Origin: Azolla caroliniana
Lineage: Eukaryota; Plantae; Polypodiophyta
Length of the DNA stretch: 64,000 nt
Assembly (NCBI GenBank): GCA_043228905.1
Contig: JBHGNT010000010.1
Location: forward strand, 7,440,001-7,504,000
Direction of reading: 5' to 3'
Shown: positions 31,306 to 45,800 of the stretch, one piece after another
Numbering within the stretch: the stretch's first letter is position 1
Layout: every line of letters starts with the position of its first letter
Notes under the pieces: model-generated
What the model saw: only the letters and a program-made list of their open reading frames with translations
The model's database searches: none
Told to the model about the DNA's origin: nothing
Position numbers and translations under genes: made by a program

Positions 31306-34300
31306 AAGAGGACGATGAAATATCCTCCATAGAGGATATCAAAGATGAGATCAAAAAAGTTAAAGAGGAGGTTAAAAATAACATAGAGTTAGCAAAAACG
31401 GGTTGGGTAGATGTGGTTAAAAGAAACATTAAAAAAGAAATAAAGGATGAAAATATTGTTAATACCACCCTCGAAGAGGAGAAAATGCGTCAGGCCCGAC
31501 GCCTAAATGTGTGTGTCACTAGGCTCAAGGAAGGTGCATCCTCGGACGAGGATGCACAAACACTCGGGAAAATGTTAGGGTACACAACGACCCTACCTAT
31601 CACCAAAGCTTGGAGGGTTGGACGCAACACAACTAGGAAGAGAGCCTTAGTTCTTCAATTTAAAGACTTGAACTCTAGAATCACTTTCTTTAAGAAGAGA
31701 CCAATTCTTCGAGGATTGGGTGGGGACCCTATCTATCTCGATGAAGACCTCACCAAGATGCAAATTGAGCATCGCAAGAGTTGTATGCCAAAGGTTATGC
31801 AAGCTCGCAAAGACGGGCATCGCACCTTTTATCGAGATGGGCGAGTGATCATAAATGATCGCACTACTAATTGATGGCGTGTGGCCCATGTGACAGAAAA
31901 CACACTTAGGATGACCTTATGGAATTGTAATGGCGCAATCTGGACACACCCCGGCCGCCTAGAGGGGATATTAAAGGAATTAGATATAGTTTGCCTAGTA
32001 GAAACACACCAAAGCCCAAATAGGGGACTCCCACGAGTCGAAGGATTTCGTTGGGAGTCGACTTTTAGACAAACCTCACGTCGATGCACTACCAGGGGAT
32101 CTGGAGGTGTCGCAATATTGTTTCGGAGGGAGCTACATAATAGGATAGAAATACTGAGCACAGACCTAGAAGCTCGTTTTATGTGGGTGAAAGTCTCCAC
32201 AAGCAAGGACAAGGCAGTAATTTTCGCCATTTGTTACTTCCCCCCAAAAGGCTCTCATTATAATCTGGCTGGCGAGGCGAGATTAGTTGATGACGGAGTG
32301 CCACATGGGCCTTCCCCATATGAACCTCTATCGGATGACATAATCCGATATTCTTCCCAAGGCGAAGTATTCCTTGTAGGAGACTTTAATGCGAGAACCC
32401 AATCCCGGCAATGCACAATATTTCAAATGAATAGAAACCTAGAAATGGTCAATGTCGATCCTTTAGACATAGACACCACACGTAGATCAAAGGATCAAGG
32501 TGCAGACGCCACGAGCTTTGGCCATCATTTGCTCGAACTCGGTAGTCGGCACCAGATGGTCATATATAATGGTTTAGCCAAGTGGCCAGGTTCGGAAGAG
32601 CTCACATGTTTCCCACATGGAGGAGGGGAAAGCACAGTCGATTATCTAATAGGACGCCTTGAAGCTACCCACATGATTAACTCCTTCCGAGTGGCCCCAT
32701 GTCCTATTGGCGCGGACCATAGTTTCTTATACTTCAAGATAAAATGCGATATCTCTAACATCACCAACTCTAGTCAACCACGCCATGACATCACAATACA
32801 TTTCATACATGAGCTCTCTGACATATATGCTCGACATGTTCAAGCCCATCTCTCCTCCCTTGATCCCTCCCTACCTTTAGAGAGCCTTAGTACGAAACTC
32901 ACACACATCCTTCATTCTGCAGCACTTAGCAATTTCCCATACACGAAACACTCCAATCAAGGTAAAGAAGGATCTATGCCACAAAATAGATGGTATGATG
33001 AGGATTGTAGGTGCTTACATCGACAACTTACAATATTGCAACTCAGTGGTAGTATTACCTCAGTACAAGCTCGTAAAGAAATGCGCAAGATGACACGTTG
33101 TCGAGGTATTCCTCGCGGATGCGTGGAACGAGGCGGGACCTCGGGGGTCTTGTACCGAAGAGCAAGAGAGAAAAGGGGAAGGGAAGAGACCCACTAGGTG
33201 CGAGCGTAGATTCACAGGGACACGGCCCTTCGACACAAAGACGCGAGTGCGACAGCGACACAGTGAGACACGAATGTATGTAAAATATATATATAAACAA
33301 GACAAACAACAAGAAGCACGAGGTCGGTTACAACCGAACAGGCCGGCGAACAGATGCCGATGCCTATTCGCAAAAACTCAGAAGGAAAGGAGTAGGTTGG
33401 AGGTGCTGCCGGAAGCACTCGGGCATTCCTCAAAGCAGCGCGAGCCTCCCGAAACCTCCACAGAAAGAAGCTACGGAGAGTAGAGAGAAGCCTTCGACCG
33501 ACAGCCCGACAGCACTTCGTCCTCTCTGATTCGCGATCCCCTTCCTCCTCGTCTCCCTCCTCTTATAGGCAAAAAGGGAGCCGTTTCCTATTAACTCCCT
33601 ACCTACCGAATCTACCTACCTAGGATCTTCTATGTACAACATTCTCTCTTATGTACAACGTGCAAGAAGAGCCGGTTCCTACGCTCCGGCGCACCGATTC
33701 TGCTTGTGGACGGTTTTCTTCACGACATCCGCCCCCACCTAACCGCGCATCCACCGGCATGCGCCAAATTGGGTTGGGATGGAGAAAACCGGTCTAGCCT
33801 TCATTCCCCACCCGTCGGTTCTTCCTCGGTTTCGGATCGTTCATCGTCACGGTCCAGGTCAACCGGATCTGGCTCGTCGTCGTGACGCTTCTTGAACGCT
33901 TTGATCCGCTTCCCAGCTACCGGTATCGCCATTCTCGTACCGTCGAGTTCCGCCAGATGGTACGTCCCGTTGTCGTTGGCGCTTTGTACCACGTAAGGCC
34001 CGAACCACCTTCTTGCGAACTTCCGTGTCGCTCGGTGCTAGTTGTCGAGGCTGCTATCGTAGATTAACACCCATTCGCCTTCCTCGATTTTCTTCGGTCG
34101 GAGCCGGTGCGTTCGGTCGAACCGGGCCTTGTTCCTCGTCCTTGCCACCCGAAGCTTTTCCGCAGCCTGCTCCACGTCCTCCGGTCTTCGCTCGAGCTGC
34201 CGTATGCGCGCCGTCAATAGTTCCTCCCGGCTCATCTCGTCTCTCCAGTCCACGGTTGCCCATGAGGAGATCGTTCGTTCCATCGGCATGATCGGCTTCT

Positions 34301-37300
34301 GCCCAAACATGAGCTCTGCCGGCATGAATCCGGTGACCGAACTGTGCGTAGTTCGGTCAGCCCACAACGCGTAAGGCAGCAACCGTGGCCAGTTCCCGAC
34401 TTGCCCTCCGCATGCCCGAACTAACACCTTGACGATCGGTCCGTGTCCGCGCTCCACCTTCCCATTCGCCTCCGGATTGTACGCAGTGGTAAGCGAGAGC
34501 TTGACTCCTAGCCAGTCGAACAACTCCTCGGCCTCTTCGGCGTCCAACTCCCCGCGATCAGCCACGATCTTCCCGATGCACCCGTACCGGCATATCACGT
34601 CCTCGATCAGGAACCGACATACGGCCGTGGTCGTTTTGTTCTGAAGGGCTCGGCCTTCCACCTGGTTCGTCAGATCTTCCCGAGCCAGGACCAGATACCG
34701 CATCTATCCTACGCCCATCGGCATCGTCACCAGATCTACCATCCATTTGAAGTGGATGGTCGGAGGGTACGTAGGGTGAAGCTCGTCCCGATATCGGACT
34801 ACAGAGTGCATCTGGAAGCTCTCGCAAGTTGTCACGAACCGATGCACGTCCCGGTACAGTCCCGACCACCAGTACTTCCCCTTTATCTTCTCGAACGTGG
34901 CCCACGTTCCACGGTGTCCAGCCCAAGGGCTGTCGTGGTAGGCCGTCAGCAGCTCCTCCTGTTCTTCCTTCATCGCCACCACCCGGAGCGGGACGCCGTT
35001 CCTCTTCTTCGAGTGCTTTCATAAGTATCCGTCCCGGAGAAAGAATCGGTATGCTTTCTTCCGGATCCGGTTGGCCTCGTCCCTTGTCCATGACGCATCC
35101 GGCGTCATTGTCCTCAAAAACCCACCGATCTGTAGCCACTCGCCGTCGTACTTGCTCTCGTCGAAGCCGTTAAGCGCCGGAGTGCTCGCCCCATCGGTCG
35201 TCACGTACGCCGCCTCGAAGAAGTCCACGCCGACTTCTTCGTCCTCCGAAACCATGCCGCCCTCGTCATCAAACCTCGCCCTCGAAAGCATGTCGGCCAT
35301 GGCGTTGTCCTTTCCGGAAATGTTTCGTATTTCCAGGTCCAGGGACTTGATGTACGCTATCCACCTGAGCATCGCCAGGTCCGGTGTCGCGCATTCGGAA
35401 ACCATGCCGAGAATTGGCAGGCAATCCGTCTCAATAATTACTTCTGTCCCGATCAGGTAGTCTTTGTCGGCCTTTACTGCCGAAACGATACCCCAGAGTT
35501 CGCGTTTAACCTGGGCGTACCCTCGCTGTCGTTCACTGAGGACCTTCGCGCCGAATCGGATCGGGAACCGAATGCCATCCTCGTCTTCTTGGTTGACGAC
35601 CCATCCGATCCCGGTCGGATTCGTATCCACCGTTATGTATACCGGGGTACCCTTCTCGTAGACAGCCTTCCGGAGCGCCGGTGCTGCCACAAGAGCTTCC
35701 TTCAGCTTCCGGACCGACTCCGTGTGCTCGTCTCACCATTCGAATTTTCGCCCTTTCTTCAGCAACCCGTATAGCGGCTCCGCAACGTGGGCGAAATGCG
35801 GGATCCATATGTGGTAGAACGTGCATGCCCCCAGGAACCTCCGAACTTCCGTAACCGAGTTACAGTCGGTCTTCATCGCAGAGATGGCTTCTACCTTTGC
35901 CGGAGACGGCTTTCGGCCATATGGTCCACATAGGTGTCCGACCACCAGGATTTCTGATTGCCCGAAGGCCGATTTCTCCCCGGAGAAGGTGAGCCTCGCA
36001 TCCTCTAGCCTTTGTAGCACCTTCTCGCAGTCGTCGATGTGTGCTGCCACGAATCGCCGGCATCCGTCCGGCCCGAGTGTTTCGTCCTTCTCTTCCACCG
36101 GGCACCCCTTGATCGGGATGTCGTCTAGAAACGGCATGGTGATGTCCGGGATGCAATCCCTCAGTACCTTGTTCATTGCATTCACCATGTGGGCCACCGA
36201 GTTGGTCCCTCCTTGTGGCAGGGTACACATCCGCACTAAGCCGAGGGGAGTTCGCATCGTCGTGATGTCTCTGCTCTCCACGGCTAGCTGGAACTGGTCG
36301 TACCCCGAGTATAGATCACCGACCGAGTAAATCGACCTTCCGGCGAAGGCCTCCGCGAACTCGTCTATGGTCGGTCCGATTCCTGCGTTCCGAATGGTCA
36401 CTCTGTTGACCGGCTGCAGGTCTTGAATGAAGCGCATCATTCCGTTTTTCTTTGGTACGGTAAACCATCGGTTCGAGTATGGGGCACTCGACGGTTCGAG
36501 AATGCCCATATCTACTTTCTGCCTCAATAGCTCCATCAACTTCGGGATGTGAGCTCTCGGTACCGGAATCGGCTTGAGATTCCACGGCACATGCGGTACC
36601 GTGAATATCACCATTGGCTCCACGATCGTCGAGTCTACGCACCCGATCTCTTCCGGGGAGAATGCGAAGGCTTTTCCGTGCCTTCCGAGCATTCTCCGAA
36701 ACCGGTCTTCCTCCGCCGGCAGTAGGAACCCGCCCCCACCGATTTTGAGCTCCCGGAGCGTCCCGTCGGTGAAGGTGTGTCCTATGCAGACCGGATCTCG
36801 TAAACTGGGGTCCGACGCAACCCCTCTGATTCGGGACTCGCTGCCCTTCGGTAAGGGTGCCGCGACCGGCCTTACCTTCCGGTCCACAGTCTTGTACTTC
36901 GTGCTAACTCGGGCAGTCCGATCCGACCCGAGCCCCTGACTGAAGTCCGCGATGACTTCGTACATCTCTTCGGAACATACCGGTATCGTCCGGTCTTCGT
37001 GAAGGTCTTCTCCAGCCACCTTCCTCAGCATTCCCAAGGTATCGTCGAAGGAGACCGCCTCCATGGCTCCGCTGATTTCCTCGTTCGGGCCGAGAACTCC
37101 GCACGCTCGAAGTCGCACTTCCGCCCTTGCTTTTTCTCGGCCAACGATGCCGACTAACATACACCCTCCGTTGCTGGAGAAGTAAAATCCCTTTCTTATC
37201 GTATAGGGTTTCTTCGGTTTCGGTTCTATCGTACAGCTGTGGGGTCTTTCCTGAGTGTCCGGACTGTCTCGGCCCCACGCCTTGGCAGCCCTCTCTAAAA

Positions 37301-40300
37301 ATCCTCTCGGTTCTCGTCACCGAGGGATTCGCGGTTTCGCTCGTGGTTCGGCCGCACCGTCAGAAATTGGACCGAATGGCGCCCGTCCTGGCTTTTGATC
37401 CTCGCGTAGGCCGAACCATTGTCCAGCACCTTGGTCTCCATTCTCACCGCCGTGATGTATGGTTCCACTAATATGACCGGGTGCGAGGACGTCTCCTGTA
37501 CGAAGAAGTGCTGGTCAATCTCGACGTCGCCGATCTTGACTCGCACATTCGGGCAGGCCCCGTGCAGTTCCTCAGTGGCGCGCGTCGCCGCCCGTATCTT
37601 CCACCCGTGCTTGGTGTTGATCGGCCATTTTCCCTTCTTATAGAAGTCCATGGACATCAGGTTTATTTCCGAACCGTGGTCCACCAGTGCCACAACCGGT
37701 TCCTGAACATCTCCGATCTTTACCGGGGTCTCCGTGGTCGCTCGGGCCTAGTGTGGCCTCGAATAGTGGCTCTCCGCCCACTCATCTTCCAGCGCCATGT
37801 CGTCGATGTGCGTCGTCCGCACCTCCACCGGTCTTTCCGGTTCCGTCTCCGTCGACAGCCTCTTCCGTTTCACCAGGTCCACAATGGAGTCGTGGAACTC
37901 CTTCTTGGCGATCCCTAGCACCTCCCGTAATGACAGCTCCACTTTGCTGTCGAGGATCCGTTCTTCTAGGACCTTTCGTAGGTCCGTGGTCCTTTCTATT
38001 TCCGTCCCCAGTCGGTATCCGCCCTTCCTGGGGTTATCTTGCGCGTTGGACCCACCGGCTTCATTCCGTCGTTGCCCGAATCGGGTCTCGTATCGTTGTG
38101 AGGGCCCGGCCGCTCCGGCTTTCCCCACTCGTTTGTCTTCTACCAGAGCCTCGTAGTTCCGGCAGGCGGCTTCTACGAAGCCCGTCTTCTCCTCGACCGG
38201 GTCGCTCAACCCGGTTATTTCCCGAACCCGTCTCTCAGCGCGGTCCGTTTCATCTTTCCTCAGCCGTGCACCGGCGAGGCCTTCCAGCATTGCCGACCAG
38301 AATCCGTCTTTGCTCTCCTTTCGGGCCTCGCTGCCCCCGACCCGAATGCCGGCCGACGCCGAGTAGTGGATGGCCTCCACGTGTCGGGCCGTTGCCTCTT
38401 CCATCAGTCTCTTCATACCTCCTCGCCCGTCGTTTCGGTTTAGGGCCCTTCTGGTGTCGCCGGCGTGCACCCGGCCTTCCCGTAGGTACACCACCCGGTT
38501 CCTCAACGCCTCTGCGAAATCGCCGCAGTCCTTCTGAATGTGGCCGACCTCGTCGCACCACATGCAACTATTCCCCACTGCCGGCCGTGGGTCACCAGCC
38601 TGTTCGCCGCCTTCCCTTCGAGTCTGGGTGATCTGGAGATCCTTTATCGCCCGCGTCAACTCCTCCAGCGCTGCTCCTCCGGACGAGCCATTGACCATGC
38701 CGGTCGAAACCGGACCGGTTTCGAGCCATTCCTGGGTTTCTTCCCTTCGCACTTGCGGTGCCGGTTCAAGCCTCTTTGCTGTGACAGAGCCCGCACCGGC
38801 CGCCCCGTTGTCAGCCCATTCTCGCCGTTTGTCGAAACGGCCACAGACTCTCTTAACCGCAGCCCAGTCGGTTGTCAGCCCGTCTTCGGTTTCCAGCAAG
38901 GAGCCGACTTGATCCCGGTCCCGCTCGTCCACCGAATTGACGAACAGTAGGACCCGGCTCGTATCCAGAATGGTTCGGTCAAGCGCCGAAAGGCGCGCAA
39001 AGCGTTCTTCGAACTCCCGGAGGAGTGCCGACGCGTTTCTTCCTTTGCCGGGGGACTCCACCCATTCCATGAAGTCCCGTTTCGAAAGCTGGAGCGCGTC
39101 GTCCAACCCGTATTTCTCTAGGAGTCGGCCTTCGAACTCCTCCCAGGTACGGCTCTCCGCCCGTACCTCGAGCACCTCCGCATGGATGCTCGGCATCGCC
39201 ACTCGAGGGAACCCGGCAAGACGCCTCTCTTCCGGAATGTCCCGCATCAGCATTTCCGCCCCGTAGGACGCCAAATACTTCGTAGCATCCTTTCCGCTGA
39301 ACCGGCCAATCGTACCGACAACCGCCTCAATGGCTCTATCGAGGGCGCCGGTGCCCTCGCATGTGCTCAATATCCGATCCACGGCCGAAGCCATGGCCTC
39401 TGCAAGATCCGACCCCCTCATCTTCTGCTCTTCTGCCGCCTCCTTCACGTCGGGTTCACCAAGATGTCGAGGTATTCCTCGCGGATGTGTGGAACGAGGC
39501 GGGACCTCGGGGGTCTTGTACCGAAGAGCAAGAGAGAAAAGGGGAAGGGAAGAGACCCACTAGGTGCGAGCGTAGATTCACAGGGACACGGCCCTTCGAC
39601 ACAAAGACGCGAGTGCGACAGCGACACAGTGAGACACGAATGTATGTAAAATATATATATAAACAAGACAAACAACAAGAAGCACGAGGTCAGTTACAAC
39701 CGAACAGGCCGGCGAACAGATGCCGATGCCTGTTCGCAAAAACTTAGAAGGAAAGGAGTAGGTTGGAGCTGCTGCCGGAAGCACTCGGGCATTCCTCAGA
39801 GCAGCGCGAGCCTCCCGAAACCTGCACAGAAAGAAGCTACGGAGAGTAGAGAGAAGCCTTCGACCGACAACCCGACAGCTCTTCGTCCTCTCTGATTCGC
39901 GATCCCCTTCCTCCTCCTCGTCTCCCTCCTCTTATAGGCAAAAAGGGAGCCGTTTCCTATTAACTCCCTACCTACCGAATCTACCTACCTAGGATCTTCT
40001 ATGTACAACATTCTCTCTTATGTACAACGTGCAAGAAGAGCCGGTTCCTACGCTCCGGCGCACCGATTCCGCTTGTGGACGGTTTTCTTCACGACAACGT
40101 CATAAGAGATGAGCATGGGAGGCATCCCAATATTGGGAACTCTACCACATGCTAATGAGTAGCGATTGTGCCACTGCATGGAAGAGATTACGGGAACCAA
40201 GACCACAAACACCCATCGAAGATCCCGAAATTTGGCACTACTTATACAGAGAGACTTTACCACATCCCAAACCAACCACCCATTCCAATGCCTTCTACAC

Positions 40301-42793
40301 CCCGATCTACTGTGGGGACACTCTTCACGACCTCTAGGGTCACGAAGGTCATAAAGAAATTACAACATAGGAAGTCCATGGACCACACAGGATTGCGAGC
40401 AAAACACATCATATACGCGAGAGAGTGTCTAGCTCCCTTGCTAACTCTAATCTTCAATCGTGCCCTCGCAGAGGGTTTTCCATCACAATGGACCATGAAT
40501 ACAGTGCCCCCCATACATAAAGGGGGGGACCCCATGGACCCAAATACTTATAGGACCATTATGATAGGTCATACCCTTGCTAAATTATATGGTGCAGTAA
40601 TGGAGGCAGAGCTTAACGAGTATATGGAGACCTTAAATCTTCGTGCACCTGAACAGGCTGGCTTTAGAAGAGCCTTCTCCACTATTGACCATATCTTCAC
40701 ACTTAGATGCTTAATTGACCAGACTAAGGCTCACAAGAAGAAACTATATTGTTGTTTTGTGGACTTCCGCAAAGCCTTTGACATGGTCCCTAGAGAGCGG
40801 TTGTTTGATAGGCTTAAGAGCTTGAGGATACTAGATGACATGGTTTGGGCCATCTATGCACTATATGAACAAGTGTCCGGGTGTGTTCGATGCCCAGACG
40901 GCATATCCGATAGTTTCACTAGCACTATTGGTGTAAAACAAGGTTGCCCCTTATATCCGACTCTTTTTGGGATCTACATTGATGAGATCACAGATTTTAT
41001 TGCTCATAAGGGAGGCAATGGAGTAGTCCTTGGGGATACGCAGGTGCGTATCTTGCTCTATGCAGACCACATATCTAAATCCGAACACGACCTACAAAGG
41101 CACCTTAATGCCTTAGATGACTTTTGCACACAACGAGGTTTGGTAGTGAATCTAGGGAAAACTAAAGTCCTTATCTTCCACACGTCGGCCCAAGTTAGAG
41201 CTAAGTGTCACCTAACTATCTCCCATAGCCCAGTTGAGGTGGTTGGATCATATGTCTATCTCGGAGTCACTTTCAGTGCCCGCTCAGGTAAATTTTCGAT
41301 GACACAAGCAACAAAGGATAGACTTACAAGAGGACATGCATCCCTCTCACTCCTCGAGAGACAATGCCACCAAGCATACTTCCAAGAGCCACGAACTAAA
41401 GGGTGGCTCTTTGAATCATTAGTGACTCCCTCTCTCATGTATGCATCAGCGGTTTGGGCCCCAGGACTACCATCTTTCATGTGGACGCAATTAGAGAGAC
41501 CATTGGTGATGATGTTATCACGCCAACTCCGAAGCAAATCGTCGGTCCCATATGACATTATTAGGGCTGAGTTCACTCTACCCCCTATGTTAGTAGAAGC
41601 ACTTTTTCAACTGGTAGTCTTTATACACAGGATACATAACCAACCACTTGATAGAATATCCCACCAAGCCTTTAAGGCTTCTTGAGCACTGTATGAGTCC
41701 GGCTATACTAGCTCATGGTATGGCATGATGGTGAGTTGGCTTCTTGCCAACGGTCTAGACATTACTAACCTCCCCCCCCTTAAGTACGACCACACGACTG
41801 ATAACACTTTAATCTCTCATGAGGACCGTAATAAAGTAATATGCCAAGAAATATGGCAAATTTATACTCGATATAAATGGATCACCCCACTAGAGCCACT
41901 CCCATCTAAAATGTCGTACTATAAGGAACACTTTATGCACTTCTCTGAGTTAGGTTTTATCACACGCCCAAAATATCTAGATGTTACATTCTTACCACAT
42001 GCACTAAGGGTTGCCATTGGTCAACTTAGAATATCATCTCACCAACTTGAGATTGAGAATGGACGTACTAATGGAGTCCCTAGGGAGGAAAGGATATATA
42101 GGTTATGCCACATAGAGATAGAGGATGAGTACCATTTTACATGCAAATGCCCCACCTATGCCGAGATAAGGGCAAAATACCAAGACATACTTGGTTCCTC
42201 TCCCACCCTCCCTAAACTATTAGATACACTAGATATAAAGAAATTAGGTAGATACATCTTAGAATTGAAACAACACAGAGAGAATAAATTACAAAACGTT
42301 GATAATAATGTTGCTAATGTTTACCAACATATAACAAATGAAGTTTTTCAGGAACAGGGGGAGACAATGAATGTCGACACACCTGCACCACTCGGACTTC
42401 TCCTTGATGAAGCAGAAAATCAAAGAAGAACCAAACGCCCTCGGATGCCGGGTTTCAAAGCAACTCGACGAGATGTAGAAGCAATAAAGAAAATAAGGGA
42501 ACGTGAACTACACCGCCTAGAAGCCATGGCTAGGGCACTCTATGCATCGGGACCATGGGTCACACCCACACCAAAAACTTTTGACCTCCCACTTCTTTTT
42601 GAGAGACTTGGGTGGAAATGAGATTAGGCTTAGTGCATAGTTTTGTACACTACTAGAACTTTCTTAGCTTAAGCTATTTTCTTTTATTTTTAGTTTTGAT
42701 GATTGGATAAACACTCATTTTTGTTGTAACCTATTTGTCTCATGGGCCAAATTTGGCCTTAGAAGACGTTAATATATCTTTCTTTCTTTCTTT

Positions 42794-42824
<31 letters not shown>

Positions 42825-42825
42825 C
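31306..42825 (+). mobile_element. LINE (RTEX-like, element G): ORF1 ~31306-31874, ORF2 31881-33098 + 40101-42621, (CTTT)n(CT)n 3' end; split by gypsy H
   Basis: ORF1 RRLNV..RVGR..PIYLDEDLT. APE endonuclease WNCNG, CLVETH, GDFNAR, STVDY, ADH. RT QAGFRR, FVDFRKAFD, GVKQGCPL, LLYAD. C-terminal RISSHQLEIENGR..C..EDEYHF..CP. Confidence 0.92.
33099..40096 (-). mobile_element. Full-length non-chromoviral Ty3/gypsy (element H), tRNA-Trp-primed, 4-bp TSD, a few stops
   Basis: LTRs 39465-40096 (5') and 33099-33727 (3'); TSD ACGT (33095-33098/40097-40100); PBS 39444-39461. Gag 39448->; protease ALVDHGSE; RT FLDDIPI; RNase H; integrase NPEANGKVERGH, GPY; no chromodomain. Confidence 0.96.
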
Positions 42826-45800
42826 TTTTGTACTCTATGTTAATGAACACTATTCATCTTCCGGATAACCGACTGAATATCGGTTCATAAGCTTCCGCAT
42901 CTAACTTTTTACATGGTATTAGAGCGTGAGGGTTGAAAAGCATCCTCCACTTTCGATGTAGCTTGCTAACACAAGTCTTCCGAAAAGAAAGAACTGAAAC
43001 AAGGACACATGAATGGGTGGTGCTCTTCCGACAGAGAAGTTGGACAGTTCCTACGCATCGTGGGAATACATGATGCACCAGTACCTGCTCGGGCATGAAT
43101 ACTGGAGTTACATCCAAGTGAGAAAACAAAGTAGCGCCGGAATCGACACACAATGATTTTCTGGTTTGGGAACAAGGAGCAAGTAGAGTCTTGTATTGCC
43201 TTGTGTCTTGTGTGCACGATCAGATGTTGGGCTATATTCAGGATGCAAAAACGCAAAGGATGCATGGGAAAATTTGAAGAAGATTTTTGCAACAAGTACC
43301 ACGGCCCGAAAGTTGTAGCTTCACCAAGAGTTCAACAATATCCGACAGAAGGATATGTTGGTAACCAACTACACCACCAAGATCAAGGAGATCTATGATG
43401 CCCTGGGGTCCATCAATGTGTCGGTGGACAAGGAAGAGATGGTATAGATCTACCTTGGTGGTCTAGCTCCAAGGTATGGGTTGATCCGAACATTGATTTG
43501 CACGAGGGAGAAACCATTTGCAATTGATGCTTATGGTCGAAGAGAACCACACAAGTGCATCACGAAACACACAGTAAGACAACCAGATGTTGTTTGCGGA
43601 GGCAGATAGGCCTCGTGGTCTTGGAGAACGCGGTGGATTAGCATGCAATGGTGGCGGTCAACAAGAGTAGAACCAGAGGCACAAAGGAGGTGCTGAAAGT
43701 AGTGGACCCTCGGCTACTTCCTTGAAGAAGAAGGAAAAATCATCGCACAAGGGTGATGAGAAGGGAGGATATTCATCCTCAACATGAACGATGTCAACTC
43801 CGCAATGTTCGCCAATGGACAAAAAGTTGAATCAGATATCGATTTGTGGCATAACTGGATCGGCCACATCAATTATCAAAGGCTTCAGGATCGCAAGAGA
43901 AACAGATTGTGTTCCGCTTGCTGAAGTTCAGTGGCCAGGGGCCCAAGTTTGTGAAGTCTACCAACTAGGGAACCAACACCGGCTTCCTTTCTCCCCAACG
44001 AGCAAAATCGGAACCATAACAACCTCAACCTAATTCATTCGGATGTGTGAGGACCGGCACAAAATGTGAGTCTAGGCGAGAGTCGATATGTCGTCTCCTT
44101 CATTGGCGACAATAGCCGAGACACCTAGATCTATCTCATAGAGAAGAAAAGTGACGTCTTCGACTATTTCTAGAACTTGAAAAGCTTAGTGGAAAGGGAA
44201 ACAAAGAGAAAGATCAAGTGTCTACGACTGGATGGCGGAACAGAATACTTTTCTAGACAGTTCAACTATTATCTTCAAGAAATTGGAATTCGGCATGAAT
44301 TCACCTACATATATATGCCGGAGGAAAACAACGTAGCCGAAAGGAAGAACTGGTTGATTGTGGAAGTAACTTGGGCAATGTTGGAAGAGAAGAGCATGCC
44401 CAAGTTTTACTGGGCAGAAGTGAATCGGACAGTTGTGTACATCTAGAATCGGATTTCTGCACATGGAGGAAAGGTGTTAGCACATGAGTTGTATTTCAGA
44501 CGCAAGCCGAATTTGAAGCACTAGAGGGTATTCAATAGCATTGTGTATGTGCATGTGCCGAATGAGAAGCGGAAGAATCTGGACACCAGGTCGGAGAAGT
44601 GTATCTTGGTCGGATACTTGCATCAACAAAAGGGGTACAAATGCTATAACCCCCAAACGAAACAAGTTTGAGTGAGCCACAATGTTGTCGTTGATGAGTC
44701 GGCATCCTGGTATTCTCTTCCAATCCTTGACGACTCCATGCTGATTACTGAGACTGAGATCAGTGAAGTCGAGATGATGGTCAAAGAAGAAGAAATCGAC
44801 ACTCCGGATGAGAGTCCGGTTTCATTCAGGCTGAGTGGGCCGAATGAAGAGACGGCGAGCAGTGAAGAGTCGGTCGTGCAATCCCCGCCCCAGAAACTAA
44901 GGAGAAGGGGAAGATGAAAATGCCGGAGTATGGCACAGACAAAGGTGCATTGGATCAGGGAGAATCCGAAACCAACCAAAGTGAAAAGGAGCCTTAGGAA
45001 TTGAGGTCAGATGCGGCCATAAGGGCCTTGAAATCGGTGAATGAGAAGTTATGTTGATCAACTCGCCACAAGAACTCGATGATCCGGTATGGATACAATG
45101 AATACATGGCGCATCACTATGCATACATGTCGAAAGTGGCAGAAGACTGCGGGCCGAAGAGCTATGCGGAGGAACACGAGATGCCAAATGGCGATCGGCC
45201 ATGGAGGAAGAAATGCTGGCACTTGATGCCAACAAGACATGGGACTTGGTTGACCCTCCCCGACATTGCAAACCGATCGGTTGTAAATGGGTATACAAAC
45301 TGAAGTGCAATGCATGTGGTTCGGTCAACCGGTATAAGGCCCGATTGGTGGCCAAGGGATACACACAAACCCACAACATCGATTACGATGAGACCTTCAC
45401 ACCGGTGACAATCCGTGTGATGTTAGTGGTAGCAACGGTAAGGGGGTGGTATCTTCATCAGATGGAATTCAAGAATGTGTTTCTTCAAGGAGATCTTGGA
45501 GAACATGTATTTATGGTCCAACCCCCCGGATTTTAGTAAGAGCTAAATCAATCGACTGTATGCCGTTTAAGAAAGTCACTTTACGGCCTCAAGCAAGCCC
45601 CACGTGCTTGGAACTTGAAAATCACACAACTATGCGTAAGATGGGGTTTGTGGTCTCGAAGTCTGACTCATCCTTATTCATCCAGAAAGGTCCAAAAGGT
45701 TTGGTGTGCATATTACTATACGTGGACGACCTGGTCGTCATCAGCCCCAACCTTGTTGAAATTAGCCGAGTAAAGTCCCAATTGTTGGATGCATTTGAGA

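Noticed and set aside
31147-31468. ORFs spanning the N run
   Set aside because: Artefacts of the assembly gap.
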